Shown: in pieces, positions 9,137 to 18,918 of the stretch
Numbering within the stretch: position 1 is the first letter of the stretch
Layout of the letters: each line of letters opens with the position of its first letter
Source of the DNA: a virus
DNA length: 64,000 bases
IMG/VR virus record: IMGVR_UViG_3300033149_007571
Coordinates: 20,822 to 84,821 of that record
Strand: one strand, 5' to 3'
The notes under the pieces: model-generated
Databases searched by the model: none
What the model was told of the DNA's origin: nothing
The model's input: only the letters and a program-made list of their open reading frames with translations
Made by a program: the position numbers and the translations under genes

Positions 9137-10747
9137 ATGGTTTTGGGTGAAGACCTTCCTGCTTTCCCATATGAGGAAGCAGCGAAGGATGACTTCTTAA
9201 CTTTCGCTCGATGCGTTGTTATCCCATCTGCTTCGGGAGAGCAGGTGATGGAAGCAGCGATGCTCTCGTATGAGCGAAAGGGTATCGAACCCTTCCAACG
9301 TCGGTTTTTTCAAGACGTGGCCCCATCTCTTCAGGCTATCCGAATCGGAGCTATGCCCCCTTGCCGCCGATTCTGGATGGAAAGAACAAAGAAGGCTAGC
9401 AAGGACAACGATCTGGCTATTTGTGTCCTTTGGCTGATGGCCTACCCGCGAAGACCTCTCTTTTGTCAGATCGTTGCTGCTGATCGGGAACAGGCGGGAA
9501 TTCTCAAACGGCGTGCCGAAGATATTTTGTTCTACAATGAATGGTTGCGTCCATTTGTGCAGATTCGTCGGAATCGGATTATTAGTGAGAATGGTCTGGC
9601 CCAAACGGTTATCGAAGCATCAGACAAAGCATCGGCTCATGGTGAGACACCGGCTCTGTTAATACTCAATGAACTTGTCCATGTTGCCAAGTGGGATGTG
9701 ATGCAGGTTCACTATAACAACGCGTCTGGTGTGCCTCGTGGTGTTGTAATCATTTCGACGAATGCAGGATACAAAGGAACGAAGGCTGAGGTTTGGAAGA
9801 AAAATGCAGAGACGAAAAAAGAGCGTTGGCATATTCACGTTTGGGATAAGAAGGCGCCTTGGTTGAGCGACGAGGACGTAGCTGACGCACAGGCAATGAA
9901 CACGAAGTCGGAGTACGTGCGCCTTTTCAAGGGAAGATGGGTAAGCGGGAAAGGAGATGCGGTTGACGAAGATTCTATCGAACGTATCTTCCGACCGGAA
10001 CTGGAGCCTTTAGTTGGGCCGGAGAAGGGTTGGGTTTACATAGGCGGTTTGGACTTAGGTGTCAGTCATGATCATGCTGGATTGGTCATTCTTGGTGTCA
10101 ATCGAGATGAGAAACGATTGCGTGTGGCGATGCTGAGAGACTGGAAACCGTCGATTCCTAATGACAAAGGCGTTTTGGAGGTAGACATTGCAAGGGTGAA
10201 GGAGGCGACAGTCCAAGCGTCAAAAGCGTTTTCGGTGCTTTGGTTTGGGTATGATCCGGCAGCAGGAGGGAGCTTTTTTGCTCAGGAGTTGAGACAATCA
10301 GGTGTTTTAATGAAGGAGGTGAGGTTTACTGGAGTTTCATTGAATGATATGGCGACGGCATTCATGCAGGTGATAGAATCGGGTCGTTTGCAATGTTTCG
10401 AGAGTGAAGAGTTGCGGCGTGATTTGGGGAAATTTCATATCGTAGCTCGTGTGCCGCAAGGATATCAGCTTAAGGCAATGACTGATGAGTATGGACATGC
10501 TGACGTGGGGACGGCTTTGGTGATTTGTTTACCAATGGCAATGAAATTGCTTGGGGGTTCGTTGCTTATGGTGCCTGATTTGATTGCCGACGATGGCAAA
10601 GAACTGACCAAAGAGGAGGAAGAATCGATGGACCCGTTGCTGAGGGATATTGTTGATGATATTGATAAGCTGAAGGAAGACAGTTTATTTCGAGGGCGCC
10701 TGACGGAGGGGTCTTGCAGTTGGGAAAGACCCCCTATGGTTTTTTGA
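9137..10747 (+). CDS. terL: Terminase large subunit with atypical Walker motifs
   Basis: PFQ adenine-binding motif, IVAADREQA, coupling motif ISTNAG, nuclease GGLDLGVSHD and HADVGTAL. Confidence 0.85.
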   Translation: MVLGEDLPAFPYEEAAKDDFLTFARCVVIPSASGEQVMEAAMLSYERKGIEPFQRRFFQDVAPSLQAIRIGAMPPCRRFWMERTKKASKDNDLAICVLWLMAYPRRPLFCQIVAADREQAGILKRRAEDILFYNEWLRPFVQIRRNRIISENGLAQTVIEASDKASAHGETPALLILNELVHVAKWDVMQVHYNNASGVPRGVVIISTNAGYKGTKAEVWKKNAETKKERWHIHVWDKKAPWLSDEDVADAQAMNTKSEYVRLFKGRWVSGKGDAVDEDSIERIFRPELEPLVGPEKGWVYIGGLDLGVSHDHAGLVILGVNRDEKRLRVAMLRDWKPSIPNDKGVLEVDIARVKEATVQASKAFSVLWFGYDPAAGGSFFAQELRQSGVLMKEVRFTGVSLNDMATAFMQVIESGRLQCFESEELRRDLGKFHIVARVPQGYQLKAMTDEYGHADVGTALVICLPMAMKLLGGSLLMVPDLIADDGKELTKEEEESMDPLLRDIVDDIDKLKEDSLFRGRLTEGSCSWERPPMVF

Positions 10748-10755
10748 AATTTGAC

Positions 10756-10784
10756 TTGGAGTATTTTTCGACACCCCTTATAAT
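10756..10784 (+). promoter_or_regulatory. Sigma70-type promoter
   Basis: TTGGAG-17 bp-TATAAT in the intergenic gap after TerL. Confidence 0.55.
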
Positions 10785-10798
10785 AGGAGGGTGTAAGG

Positions 10799-11215
10799 AT
10801 GGGTAGGATGCGGAAGACTCCGACCGAGCAAATGATAGATGCCGTTTGTGCAATCCACGAAGATGAATGTCCAACCCTGCCTGCAACATTTCTGCGAGGT
10901 CTTCGTGGAGCGTTAGATGCTGGTCTCAGTGCTGAGCAGATTACGGCGTTGCTTGTGTTGTTTACTGGTATCTATGAGGCGTCTAAGAAAGTTCCACAGG
11001 ATGAGTTAATACATCGAGCGTGTCTTCTGGCCAATGTTATGAAAGGAGACATTGTCGATCTATCTGAGCAACGAAGCCAAGCAGAGGCGAATCGAGAGTA
11101 CCGACGGCAACGCGAGGAACAGATTCGTCAGGAGAAAATTGCGAGGCTGAGAGCAAAGATCGAGGCAGAAGAAAATGGGTTAGAGGATTGGGAAAACGGC
11201 GGTTCGGAAGACTAA
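10799..11215 (+). CDS. Hypothetical protein
   Basis: ORF directly after the promoter; charged C-terminal helix. Confidence 0.65.
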   Translation: MGRMRKTPTEQMIDAVCAIHEDECPTLPATFLRGLRGALDAGLSAEQITALLVLFTGIYEASKKVPQDELIHRACLLANVMKGDIVDLSEQRSQAEANREYRRQREEQIRQEKIARLRAKIEAEENGLEDWENGGSED

Positions 11216-11263
11216 AAGGCCAAGGTTCACATCTCACCACTTTAAGTGCAAGAGGAGAAAGAT

Positions 11264-11644
11264 ATGGAAAAGCTGAAAGCGTTAGAACTGACCAAGTTGA
11301 GCGGGGTGTTGTACGATCAGATCAAAGAGGCTGTTGACAAGGTCCGCCTCAAAATTGCCGAGGCTTATGCGGACGGCACGATCACTTTTGCGGAGGTCTT
11401 CAATGTCGTCGGTATGATCGTCGGTGAACTGATTGGTGTGTTTCAGACGTTCCAAGGTATGAGCAATGCCGAGAAGAAGGAGGCAATCGTCGAGCTTGTC
11501 GACGAGGTATACAAGAAGGACGTTGCTCCCCTCGACATTACGTTCGTTCCCGATAGTATCGAGGAGATGTACATCGATCCGCTCATCGGACAGCTAGTAC
11601 ACACCGCTGCTGTTGCTTTGGTTGACTTCTTGTCCCCTAAATAA
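11264..11644 (+). CDS. Hypothetical helical protein (possibly lysis-associated)
   Basis: GAGGAG RBS before ATG 11264; amphipathic helices. Confidence 0.7.
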   Translation: MEKLKALELTKLSGVLYDQIKEAVDKVRLKIAEAYADGTITFAEVFNVVGMIVGELIGVFQTFQGMSNAEKKEAIVELVDEVYKKDVAPLDITFVPDSIEEMYIDPLIGQLVHTAAVALVDFLSPK

Positions 11645-11744
11645 GAGGAAAGTTATGCGGAAGGAGACAGATTGGGTTATGATTTCAGTGGGTCTCCCTT
11701 TGCCTGCTGAGATCTTTCATAAAGCGAATTGGAGAGTAACGTCA

Positions 11745-12038
11745 ATGAACCAGCGACAAAAACGAAAAGTGGCTCGGAGGGTATTCAATGAAGCGGCAAA
11801 GGATTTTGAGTTGACGCGTCGGGAGTTTGTCAAGCTGTTGAAGGAGAAGGACGACGATGCTTGGGCAGCGGTTGCTCTGGTTGGCAGTGGAGAGATATCA
11901 CCAGAGTTTCCCTGGAATGAGCTGATCAACATGATTTGGGCGATTGTGGAGTTTCTGGTGGTATGGCTCTTAGGTGATGACGGCGTCAAATGCCGAGAGA
12001 TACCAAACGAGCAAAACCAAGAGGAGGAAAGAGAATGA
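11745..12038 (+). CDS. Hypothetical protein with C-terminal hydrophobic helix
   Basis: GGAGAG RBS before ATG 11745; LINMIWAIVEFLVVWLL. Confidence 0.6.
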   Translation: MNQRQKRKVARRVFNEAAKDFELTRREFVKLLKEKDDDAWAAVALVGSGEISPEFPWNELINMIWAIVEFLVVWLLGDDGVKCREIPNEQNQEEERE

Positions 12039-12193
12039 GCAAGTTAGGAAACGATATTGTTGATTTCTGGGAGTGGCTCAAGCAACAGCCCCCGTGGCTA
12101 ATTATGGGAGCCATCTTTCTGATCATCGTCCTCGGATCACAGATTGGTGGTTGCTGTCACTATCGAGACCCATTGTGGTGGTTGCCTGGGTGA
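12035..12193 (+). CDS. Small membrane protein
   Basis: GAGGAGG RBS; WLIMGAIFLIIVLG TM helix; ATGA overlap. Confidence 0.55.
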   Translation: MSKLGNDIVDFWEWLKQQPPWLIMGAIFLIIVLGSQIGGCCHYRDPLWWLPG

Positions 12194-12393
12194 GGAGAGG
12201 ACGGTGTATTCTCTCATTGTGCTGTCAGTATTGTTCGTCGTATGGTTGGTAGCATCAATTACTTTGGGAGTAATGTTGTGGGCCTGCCAACCTGATCAAG
12301 GCGATGATCTCTCACTACCGAAGGTGAGAGATCATCGCTTGCTTTTGTGACCTTTCCTGTTGTGGGTCAAGCTGTTGCAAAGGGAGATAAAGG

Positions 12394-13092
12394 ATGTTTT
12401 TGTTAAAGGCAATGCTTGTCGTACCCTTTATTCTCGCTCAGTCTCCTGAGTTGAAGATAGTGCCTCACCCAGGCAGCGAGAATCCCGTTCACCCATATCA
12501 GAACGTGAGGCTTGAAATCATTGGAGCCTCCTTGGATGATTTGCGGGTCAATAGTGCGGTGCTGAGTCCTCCTAGACGTGGGGTGTCTATCAATGAGGTC
12601 GCGACTTGGGAAGGTGAACCGTATTTGCTGTTCGAAGCTCAGACCAATGGTAGTTATTGGTTGGCGTTGGTGACGATTATTAACGATAAGCTGTGTGTAG
12701 CCGACTATACGGTAGAGGTTGGTGAGGGACCGGAACCTGAACCCGACCCCGACCCCGAGCCGGAACCCGACCCCGATCCTACTCCGCCGAAACCTGTGAG
12801 CTTCAGTGTGGTAGTAGGGGAGACCGCGATATGGACGAACCGTCACGCAGCAATTCTCACGTCGCAAGTGCTGCGGCAGATGTTCGACGAAACACGGTTT
12901 CGCGTTTTCGACAAGGATATTGAAACAACGCCGGAAGGACGGGCGTGGATAGGTAGAGTGCCGAAAGATGCTACTCTTCCATATTGGTTCCTTGCCGATG
13001 TCGAAGGGAGAATTCTGTATGAAGGGCCATTGGCTTCGTCGGTGTCTGAAGCAGTGTCAATAGTGAAGAAGTATCAGAGAACCAGGGAGTAG
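12394..13092 (+). CDS. Secreted two-domain protein with (PE/PD)n linker
   Basis: Signal-peptide-like N-terminus; GPEPEPDPDPEPEPDPDPTPP linker near 12727-12790. Confidence 0.75.
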   Translation: MFLLKAMLVVPFILAQSPELKIVPHPGSENPVHPYQNVRLEIIGASLDDLRVNSAVLSPPRRGVSINEVATWEGEPYLLFEAQTNGSYWLALVTIINDKLCVADYTVEVGEGPEPEPDPDPEPEPDPDPTPPKPVSFSVVVGETAIWTNRHAAILTSQVLRQMFDETRFRVFDKDIETTPEGRAWIGRVPKDATLPYWFLADVEGRILYEGPLASSVSEAVSIVKKYQRTRE

Positions 13093-13097
13093 AGCAA

Positions 13098-13844
13098 ATG
13101 GGAAATTGGGATATACCCCCTGACTTCAAACCAGGGTGTTTGCCGCGAGAGAGCGAATATGGCAAGCTCGCAGGTTGCCCTCCATTTAGCGAGGCAATCA
13201 AAGTAATTCCCAGGCGAGATTGGCCGGATCTATTGTCTGATCATGATGGCTTGCGCCAATTTGTGCCTGAGCCGCACGGTATCTACGATCAAGACGGTGT
13301 GGGTTCTTGCGCTGCAGAATCATCCAACCAAGCTGTTTCAATTGTTCGTGTGTTTAGTGGTCAGTCATGGGTCGAATTCAACCCTTGGTTTACGTACCAT
13401 ACGACTTCCGGAGGAGTGGATCGGGGTTCCACGATCGATGGCAATCTTGCTTTTTTGAGAAGCAAAGGTGCGTGCCCTGAATCTGTCTGGCCAAGGTCGA
13501 AAGGTTGGAGGCAACAGCCAAGCGACGAGGCTTATGAAGCAGCTCAAAACTTTCGTATTCTGGAGTTCTTCGACCTCAACACCATTGAAGAAGCTGGGAC
13601 TGCTCTTTTGCTGGGCTTTCCGGTTGTCTATGGTTCAGACGGACACGCCAAATGCTATGTGAAGATGTTGAGCCCCGACGTTGGTTTGTATGTTAACAGT
13701 TGGTCACCGAATTGGGGAGACGGTGGGTTTGGTATGGAACCGTTTCATAATGTTAATTGGGGATATGGGGCGTTTGCCATACGGAGCGTTGTTGACATCG
13801 AGCCTATACAACCGCCAGAGAGACTGGAAGCAGCTTTGTGTTGA
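13098..13844 (+). CDS. Papain-family (C1A-like) cysteine peptidase, candidate lysin
   Basis: DQDGVGSCAA (Gln, catalytic Cys), GHA (His), VNSW-x3-WG (Asn). Confidence 0.85.
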   Translation: MGNWDIPPDFKPGCLPRESEYGKLAGCPPFSEAIKVIPRRDWPDLLSDHDGLRQFVPEPHGIYDQDGVGSCAAESSNQAVSIVRVFSGQSWVEFNPWFTYHTTSGGVDRGSTIDGNLAFLRSKGACPESVWPRSKGWRQQPSDEAYEAAQNFRILEFFDLNTIEEAGTALLLGFPVVYGSDGHAKCYVKMLSPDVGLYVNSWSPNWGDGGFGMEPFHNVNWGYGAFAIRSVVDIEPIQPPERLEAALC

Positions 13845-13865
13845 GAAAACGGAAGAGGTGAAAAT

Positions 13866-14459
13866 ATGGATGTATTGTTGTCTATTGCAATGTTAGGGGT
13901 GTTCAGTCAATGCGGGAATTCATCGTGTGCTATGTGCTATGGTAGTTATTGGCTTCATTCGACCCCGGCCGAGCGATCCTATTACTACCACGTCCCTTCT
14001 GCATTGGTTACAGATGATGCCACAACTCACTACCAAGCATCCGATAAGCACCCCTGGTCGTTTGCGAAGGCTGAGGCAAAAAGGAAGAAGGAGAACTGTC
14101 CGCTGTTGATTATGGTATCGGCAGCGTGGTGTAAGGAGTGCCAAAGAGTGAAGAGGGAGATCTTACCAAAAGCTCAAGCTAATGGTACGTTCGACGATGT
14201 GGCATTTGCTGTGATTGATTATGATTTGGAAGGTCGTTTGAGAAGGCAGGTCATGAAGGGGCAGGAGGACAAAGCATTGCCTAGATGGGTGAGATACGAG
14301 TATTTCCAAGGAAGGCTGTTTAGGTGGTCGACTACGTTTGCACCGAAGACTTTAGAAGGACTCGACAGGTTCGTGAACCGATCAATTGAGCCGGAGGTTC
14401 AAATACGGATGATGATCCAAATTGACAAGGAGAAGAGTATTCCAAAACCGAAAGGGTGA
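13866..14459 (+). CDS. Secreted thioredoxin-fold protein
   Basis: Hydrophobic N-terminus; LIMVSAAWCKECQRVK active-site motif. Confidence 0.75.
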   Translation: MDVLLSIAMLGVFSQCGNSSCAMCYGSYWLHSTPAERSYYYHVPSALVTDDATTHYQASDKHPWSFAKAEAKRKKENCPLLIMVSAAWCKECQRVKREILPKAQANGTFDDVAFAVIDYDLEGRLRRQVMKGQEDKALPRWVRYEYFQGRLFRWSTTFAPKTLEGLDRFVNRSIEPEVQIRMMIQIDKEKSIPKPKG

Positions 14460-14463
14460 GAAA

Positions 14464-14649
14464 ATGAACGTAAGTAATGTGACTAAAGCAGTGGCAGATG
14501 CAACTGCTCCAATCAAGGAAGCTATTGCCAAGTCTGTCCAAGAGACCGAAGGTGATGTAAAGGTAATCGTTCCCGTGGTTGTTGTGATTGTTGGGAATCG
14601 TATTATCGTTGATCGGGAATGGGATTGGGAGAAGGAGTCTGAAACATAG
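14464..14649 (+). CDS. Hypothetical protein
   Basis: ATG 14464 right after the upstream stop. Confidence 0.5.
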   Translation: MNVSNVTKAVADATAPIKEAIAKSVQETEGDVKVIVPVVVVIVGNRIIVDREWDWEKESET

Positions 14650-14692
14650 CAGATCACTGTCCGGGGGGAGGTTACTTCGGGAGAGATGATCG

Positions 14693-14980
14693 ATGACCGC
14701 TTTTTCTGAAGAAAGAAGCGGCGCTAACGGTATGCTTTCAGTTAAGGTGCCGCTGGACGAATTCATACGAGAGATGGCTCGTGAATGTACTCGCGTTTTT
14801 ATTGAAGAGCACATAAAGACGTGCGTTGTCCATGAAGTGAAACAAGATGTTGAACGGAACAAGGATGAGATAAGCAACATCAAGCTGCGGTTCGCGTGGC
14901 TCGTTGGAGCGATGATAGGGAGTGGCTTGTTGGGGGGAGGTGTGGCGAGTGCATTGGCATCAATTCTAGGTGGCAGGTAG
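14693..14980 (+). CDS. Coiled-coil + C-terminal TM protein (holin-like)
   Basis: Coiled coil followed by FAWLVGAMIGSGLLGGGVASAL. Confidence 0.55.
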   Translation: MTAFSEERSGANGMLSVKVPLDEFIREMARECTRVFIEEHIKTCVVHEVKQDVERNKDEISNIKLRFAWLVGAMIGSGLLGGGVASALASILGGR

Positions 14981-15042
14981 GTGTTTTGGGCCTATAACGG
15001 AATTGGCAATCGTCACGTATTAGATTGGGAAGGTGGTAGACA

Positions 15043-15234
15043 ATGATCAGGATTATAATCGCGACCAGGTCAAGCGGTTATTACTCTTGGATATTGAGGC
15101 CGGTATCTCCAAAGGCTAATTGGTTGGAGGTGGCAAGTACCCGCGTCTATCGTAAAGCGTGCACAGCGGAGAACGCCGCTTTCCGGTTTGTTGATCGTCA
15201 CAATTTCAAGGTCAAAGAGGTTATTCGACTCTGA
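15043..15234 (+). CDS. Hypothetical protein
   Basis: AAGGTGG RBS; short basic ORF. Confidence 0.45.
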   Translation: MIRIIIATRSSGYYSWILRPVSPKANWLEVASTRVYRKACTAENAAFRFVDRHNFKVKEVIRL

Positions 15235-15361
15235 TTGACGTGGACACGAATCGTGATCATGACTAAGGAGGACAGGGGCAGTTTAGTTATTTGTGATTGC
15301 AATGGAAGTGCCAAAGCAGCTTCGGTTATTGCGGAGATGACGAGGTTGGGAGAAAGGCGTT

Positions 15362-18277
15362 ATGGCGTTCGTGTTAGCTGATCGCGTTCAAGAGACTTCA
15401 GCAACAACGGGAACAGGCACGTTTTCGTTGGCGGGGGCTGTGGTAGGCTATCAAGGATTCGTGGCAGGAATCGGTAGCGGGAATAGTACGTTTTACGTCA
15501 TCCAGAATTTGGTTCACAGCGAATGGGAAGTGGGTATTGGGACCGTAACTGATGCTGCTACAGATACCCTGTCTCGCGATGCGGTTTTAGCTTCTTCTAA
15601 TGCTGGGGCAAAAGTCGACTTCTCGGCAGGGACAAAGCAAGTCTTCATTCCCGATCCTCCCGCATTGAGAGCCGTTTATCGCTCGGCTGCTGCCTGGGTT
15701 AATTCGAGGGCTGTGATTACGGATGCAGTAGGAGCTTTGGCTACATCTGTTGTGACAACAACTGAATTGGGTTATTTGTCGGGAGCGACGTCCAATATCC
15801 AAAACCAGATCGATAACATCAGTTTAGATGCTATCTCCAACTTCGCTCAGGATCGCATTGCCGGTCGAGTGTCCGCAGGCAGCGGTGATAGCGAGGAGTT
15901 AACCCCCGCCCAGGTGATGGCGTTGCTTAGCAGCGAGGCTACAGCGGCATTTGATTTTAACGGGCAAAATGTGTCGGCAGGCGACTTCTACGTTCCTGAT
16001 GGAGGCTTCGTAGGCGTGAGCGGTGCGGATGGATGGACGTTCGACAGTTCCAATGGAGACATCGGTACGACGAGTAATGTCGGAATCGGGACGACGGAGC
16101 CGAGCGAGAGGTTACATGTCTCAGACGGGGTGGCCGTATATGACCCCGACAGAAGTATAACTGATTTGCACCATTTGGTTGACAAAAAGTATGTAGACGA
16201 GGCGGTGACTGCGCTAGGGGCAAGGTACTACATGCTTGACACCGATTCCGGTGAAGAGGATTACAAAGACTGTTCGATTACTCCGTCGGCTGGTGGGGAA
16301 CAAAGCGTTAGCAAAGCGGGCTTGTCGGATGACGATTATGTGCAGGGTTGGATTGCTCCAAATGTCAATGAGCCAGACAAGTTAATAATTGGGGTATACA
16401 ACTGGCGGGTCTACGCCGAGAAGACTGCCGGTACGAAAACGCTGAGGCTGTATTGGCGATTGGTTGAGCGGAAAAACGATGATTCAGAGGTTGTTATTGG
16501 AACCTCGGTTGTCAGCAATGAGATAGTGTCTGGCAAAAACTCATACATCATTCCGCTGACTTTGTCAGCGGACTACGACATAGCAAGCGATAGCTATGTT
16601 GTTGGAAAGATGTATGCTAACGTGTCCGGTTCGGGTAATGACCCGAGCGTTACTTTGTACTATGAAGGTGATTCTGATTCTCATTGGGAAATTCCTGTCA
16701 ACTTGGAAATACTTGACGATATTTATATTCGCCAAGGCAGCGATGCAACGCTCGGTGATATTGTTACCCTTCACAATACCACTCACGAAGACGCGGATGA
16801 TGGGCGCAAAAGCGAGATACGGTTCAAAGGTGAGCAAAGCGGTGGTGAGATATCAACGTTAGCTAAGGTAGTAGTTGCGCACGATGGAGCGGCTGACGAT
16901 GAGAAGGGCAAAATCACGTTGCTTGTCAATGATGGCAACGATGGAGATAGCCCGAGCAAGGAATGGGAATTCAACAGTGCTGGTAAGTTTATTGCTTCTG
17001 GTATAATACAAGGCAATCAGTTAAGTGTTCAAGGGAGTTCAATTTTTGTTATTCAGCAGGAGTCTAAGTGGATATCCTTCTATCATCCAGCTTTCAACAA
17101 TACCAAAGGGTTTATTTTCCGCAGCTACACTCCCGATCGGTCAAGGATAACGATGGGACCAGGAGCATATAGCCAGCTTGGTCTTACAGCCAATCTTGAT
17201 CAAAATGATGTGTTGATTGAAAGAGATGTCGATGGTGGTGGGTCTTATTCTGAGGCGGGATCTTTGCTCAAGTTGTACAGGGATGTAACCAATGTCACAA
17301 GTGAGGCAGGACACTTCCTCGAATGTGAAGACGAAGCTAACGGGGTGGAGTTGTGTGTTGACCGTCTCGGGAACCTCATCCTTGGAGGCACGTCAGTAGG
17401 AGCAAACGGAGACACAATCATTACGCTCAACAACGGGACGGCGCCGGGAGCGTTGGCTAACACGGCGAGCTTCGTAGCCCTTGCAGGAGAGATGTGGGGG
17501 TACGACAGCGGAGGAGCAGGTAGTCTCCTGACCTGTCACGCCACAGATGCTCCTAGTTATTTGTATGTAGGCCCCGGCCCCGGTTTGGAGTGGATGGACA
17601 AACGCATGGTCCCATACGGCGAAGGAAGGGTGGTGTTTACCAACGCTAAAGGGGAGTTCTCGGTTGAGACCTATGCCCAGTACAACAAAAGGAGGAGGGC
17701 TGAGAACCCAAACCATGTTGATTTAAGGACAGTGGATTGGGATGAGGAGCAAGAATCGATTCGGTTGAAGACTATCGAAGCTCAACAGAATTGGGACAAA
17801 GTGCAGGAAGCGCAGGAGCGCCTTCACAAAGAGGTACAGGAACATTGGGATATTGAAGACAGGAAGAAGAGGGAAGAGCACAGGCGGAAGTGGTTGAAGT
17901 GGGTTCAGTTTCATGAGCGTCGGAGGGACGAAAGGAAGCGGGAGCAGGAAGAGGCAAGGCGGCGTAATGAAGAGGGAGAGAAGAGGGCGACCCAAAGGAG
18001 GTTGGAGTGGTTGAAGGAAGTGGATAAGTGGAGGGAAAGCGTGCAGAGGTGGAAGCGGTTGCCTTGGTGTTTGAGGGGGGATTTGCCTCTGTTCACAGAG
18101 AGGAAGCCTGCGGAATACACTCCTGTTGAGATCCCCCAAGATTATGTCATGCCGGATACGACTTTACCTGATTATGAGAATGACGAGGAACGTCCACCTG
18201 ACTATGTTCGACCGAATACTCGTCCTCCTGACTACGTGAAACAAGAGAAGCCTGTTTGGTTGAGGAACATGAAATAA
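15362..18277 (+). CDS. Tail fibre / receptor-binding protein
   Basis: N-terminus MAFVLADRVQETSATTGTG typical of fibre proteins; TTTELGYLSG, NVGIGTTEPSERLHV, VDKKYVD motifs; mosaic beta-rich body. Confidence 0.8.
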   Translation: MAFVLADRVQETSATTGTGTFSLAGAVVGYQGFVAGIGSGNSTFYVIQNLVHSEWEVGIGTVTDAATDTLSRDAVLASSNAGAKVDFSAGTKQVFIPDPPALRAVYRSAAAWVNSRAVITDAVGALATSVVTTTELGYLSGATSNIQNQIDNISLDAISNFAQDRIAGRVSAGSGDSEELTPAQVMALLSSEATAAFDFNGQNVSAGDFYVPDGGFVGVSGADGWTFDSSNGDIGTTSNVGIGTTEPSERLHVSDGVAVYDPDRSITDLHHLVDKKYVDEAVTALGARYYMLDTDSGEEDYKDCSITPSAGGEQSVSKAGLSDDDYVQGWIAPNVNEPDKLIIGVYNWRVYAEKTAGTKTLRLYWRLVERKNDDSEVVIGTSVVSNEIVSGKNSYIIPLTLSADYDIASDSYVVGKMYANVSGSGNDPSVTLYYEGDSDSHWEIPVNLEILDDIYIRQGSDATLGDIVTLHNTTHEDADDGRKSEIRFKGEQSGGEISTLAKVVVAHDGAADDEKGKITLLVNDGNDGDSPSKEWEFNSAGKFIASGIIQGNQLSVQGSSIFVIQQESKWISFYHPAFNNTKGFIFRSYTPDRSRITMGPGAYSQLGLTANLDQNDVLIERDVDGGGSYSEAGSLLKLYRDVTNVTSEAGHFLECEDEANGVELCVDRLGNLILGGTSVGANGDTIITLNNGTAPGALANTASFVALAGEMWGYDSGGAGSLLTCHATDAPSYLYVGPGPGLEWMDKRMVPYGEGRVVFTNAKGEFSVETYAQYNKRRRAENPNHVDLRTVDWDEEQESIRLKTIEAQQNWDKVQEAQERLHKEVQEHWDIEDRKKREEHRRKWLKWVQFHERRRDERKREQEEARRRNEEGEKRATQRRLEWLKEVDKWRESVQRWKRLPWCLRGDLPLFTERKPAEYTPVEIPQDYVMPDTTLPDYENDEERPPDYVRPNTRPPDYVKQEKPVWLRNMK

Positions 18278-18289
18278 GAGAGGGATAGT

Positions 18290-18736
18290 ATGGCAATTCT
18301 GCAACCCGAACGAGACATTCCGTTGGAATTGATCACCGATCCGCCGATCGAAGGGACGGTCAAAAAGGATTTATTGACGCGGACCTTCCGGTTAGAGTTT
18401 CCTCATCCTTCTGAGAAGAATCACGTCATTGTAATTCAATCGCACGTAGGAGGAGCCAACAAAAGGCCCGTGAAGCAGGTAGCGATTCACTTCACTGGGG
18501 AAAGGCAGCCAGGAAAGCCGGAAGAAGATGTGAAAGACCCTGTGACAGGCGAGGTAGTAGTTTCCGCTAACAGTATTCAAACTCCCCTTCCGAGCGTTGC
18601 CGATCTGCACAAGATGCGTCTTCCAAAACCGGTGAAGGTGGAGACCTACGGAGATCTATTCAATGTGACAAGACGGGCTATTTATTTGCTCCTTCCCAAG
18701 ATTCGTCCCCATTTGAAGGGAGGGCAAGAAGTATGA
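18290..18736 (+). CDS. Hypothetical protein (possible fibre chaperone)
   Basis: Directly after the fibre gene with GAGGG RBS. Confidence 0.6.
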   Translation: MAILQPERDIPLELITDPPIEGTVKKDLLTRTFRLEFPHPSEKNHVIVIQSHVGGANKRPVKQVAIHFTGERQPGKPEEDVKDPVTGEVVVSANSIQTPLPSVADLHKMRLPKPVKVETYGDLFNVTRRAIYLLLPKIRPHLKGGQEV

Positions 18737-18918
18737 TTAGTGGCTCTCCGATGTGCTCTTTGCCAATGAGTTCATTATCTCGTCGCTCGCGACATCCTGC
18801 TTCGAAGACGGTGACAGTTAGCGGTCCGGCTTTTACAACGATCACTGCCAGAGGGCCAGCATCGAAAACGGTAACTGTTTCCGGTCCTGCTAGTGCAACA
18901 GTTTCGAGGGCGACATGA
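18733..18918 (+). CDS. Small protein with 10-aa tandem repeats
   Basis: ASKTVTVSGP / AFTTITARGP / ASKTVTVSGP / ASATVSRAT; ATGA overlaps on both sides. Confidence 0.6.
   Translation: MISGSPMCSLPMSSLSRRSRHPASKTVTVSGPAFTTITARGPASKTVTVSGPASATVSRAT

Noticed and set aside
12727-12790. PEPDPD repeat as a special element
   Set aside because: Ordinary Pro/acidic interdomain linker
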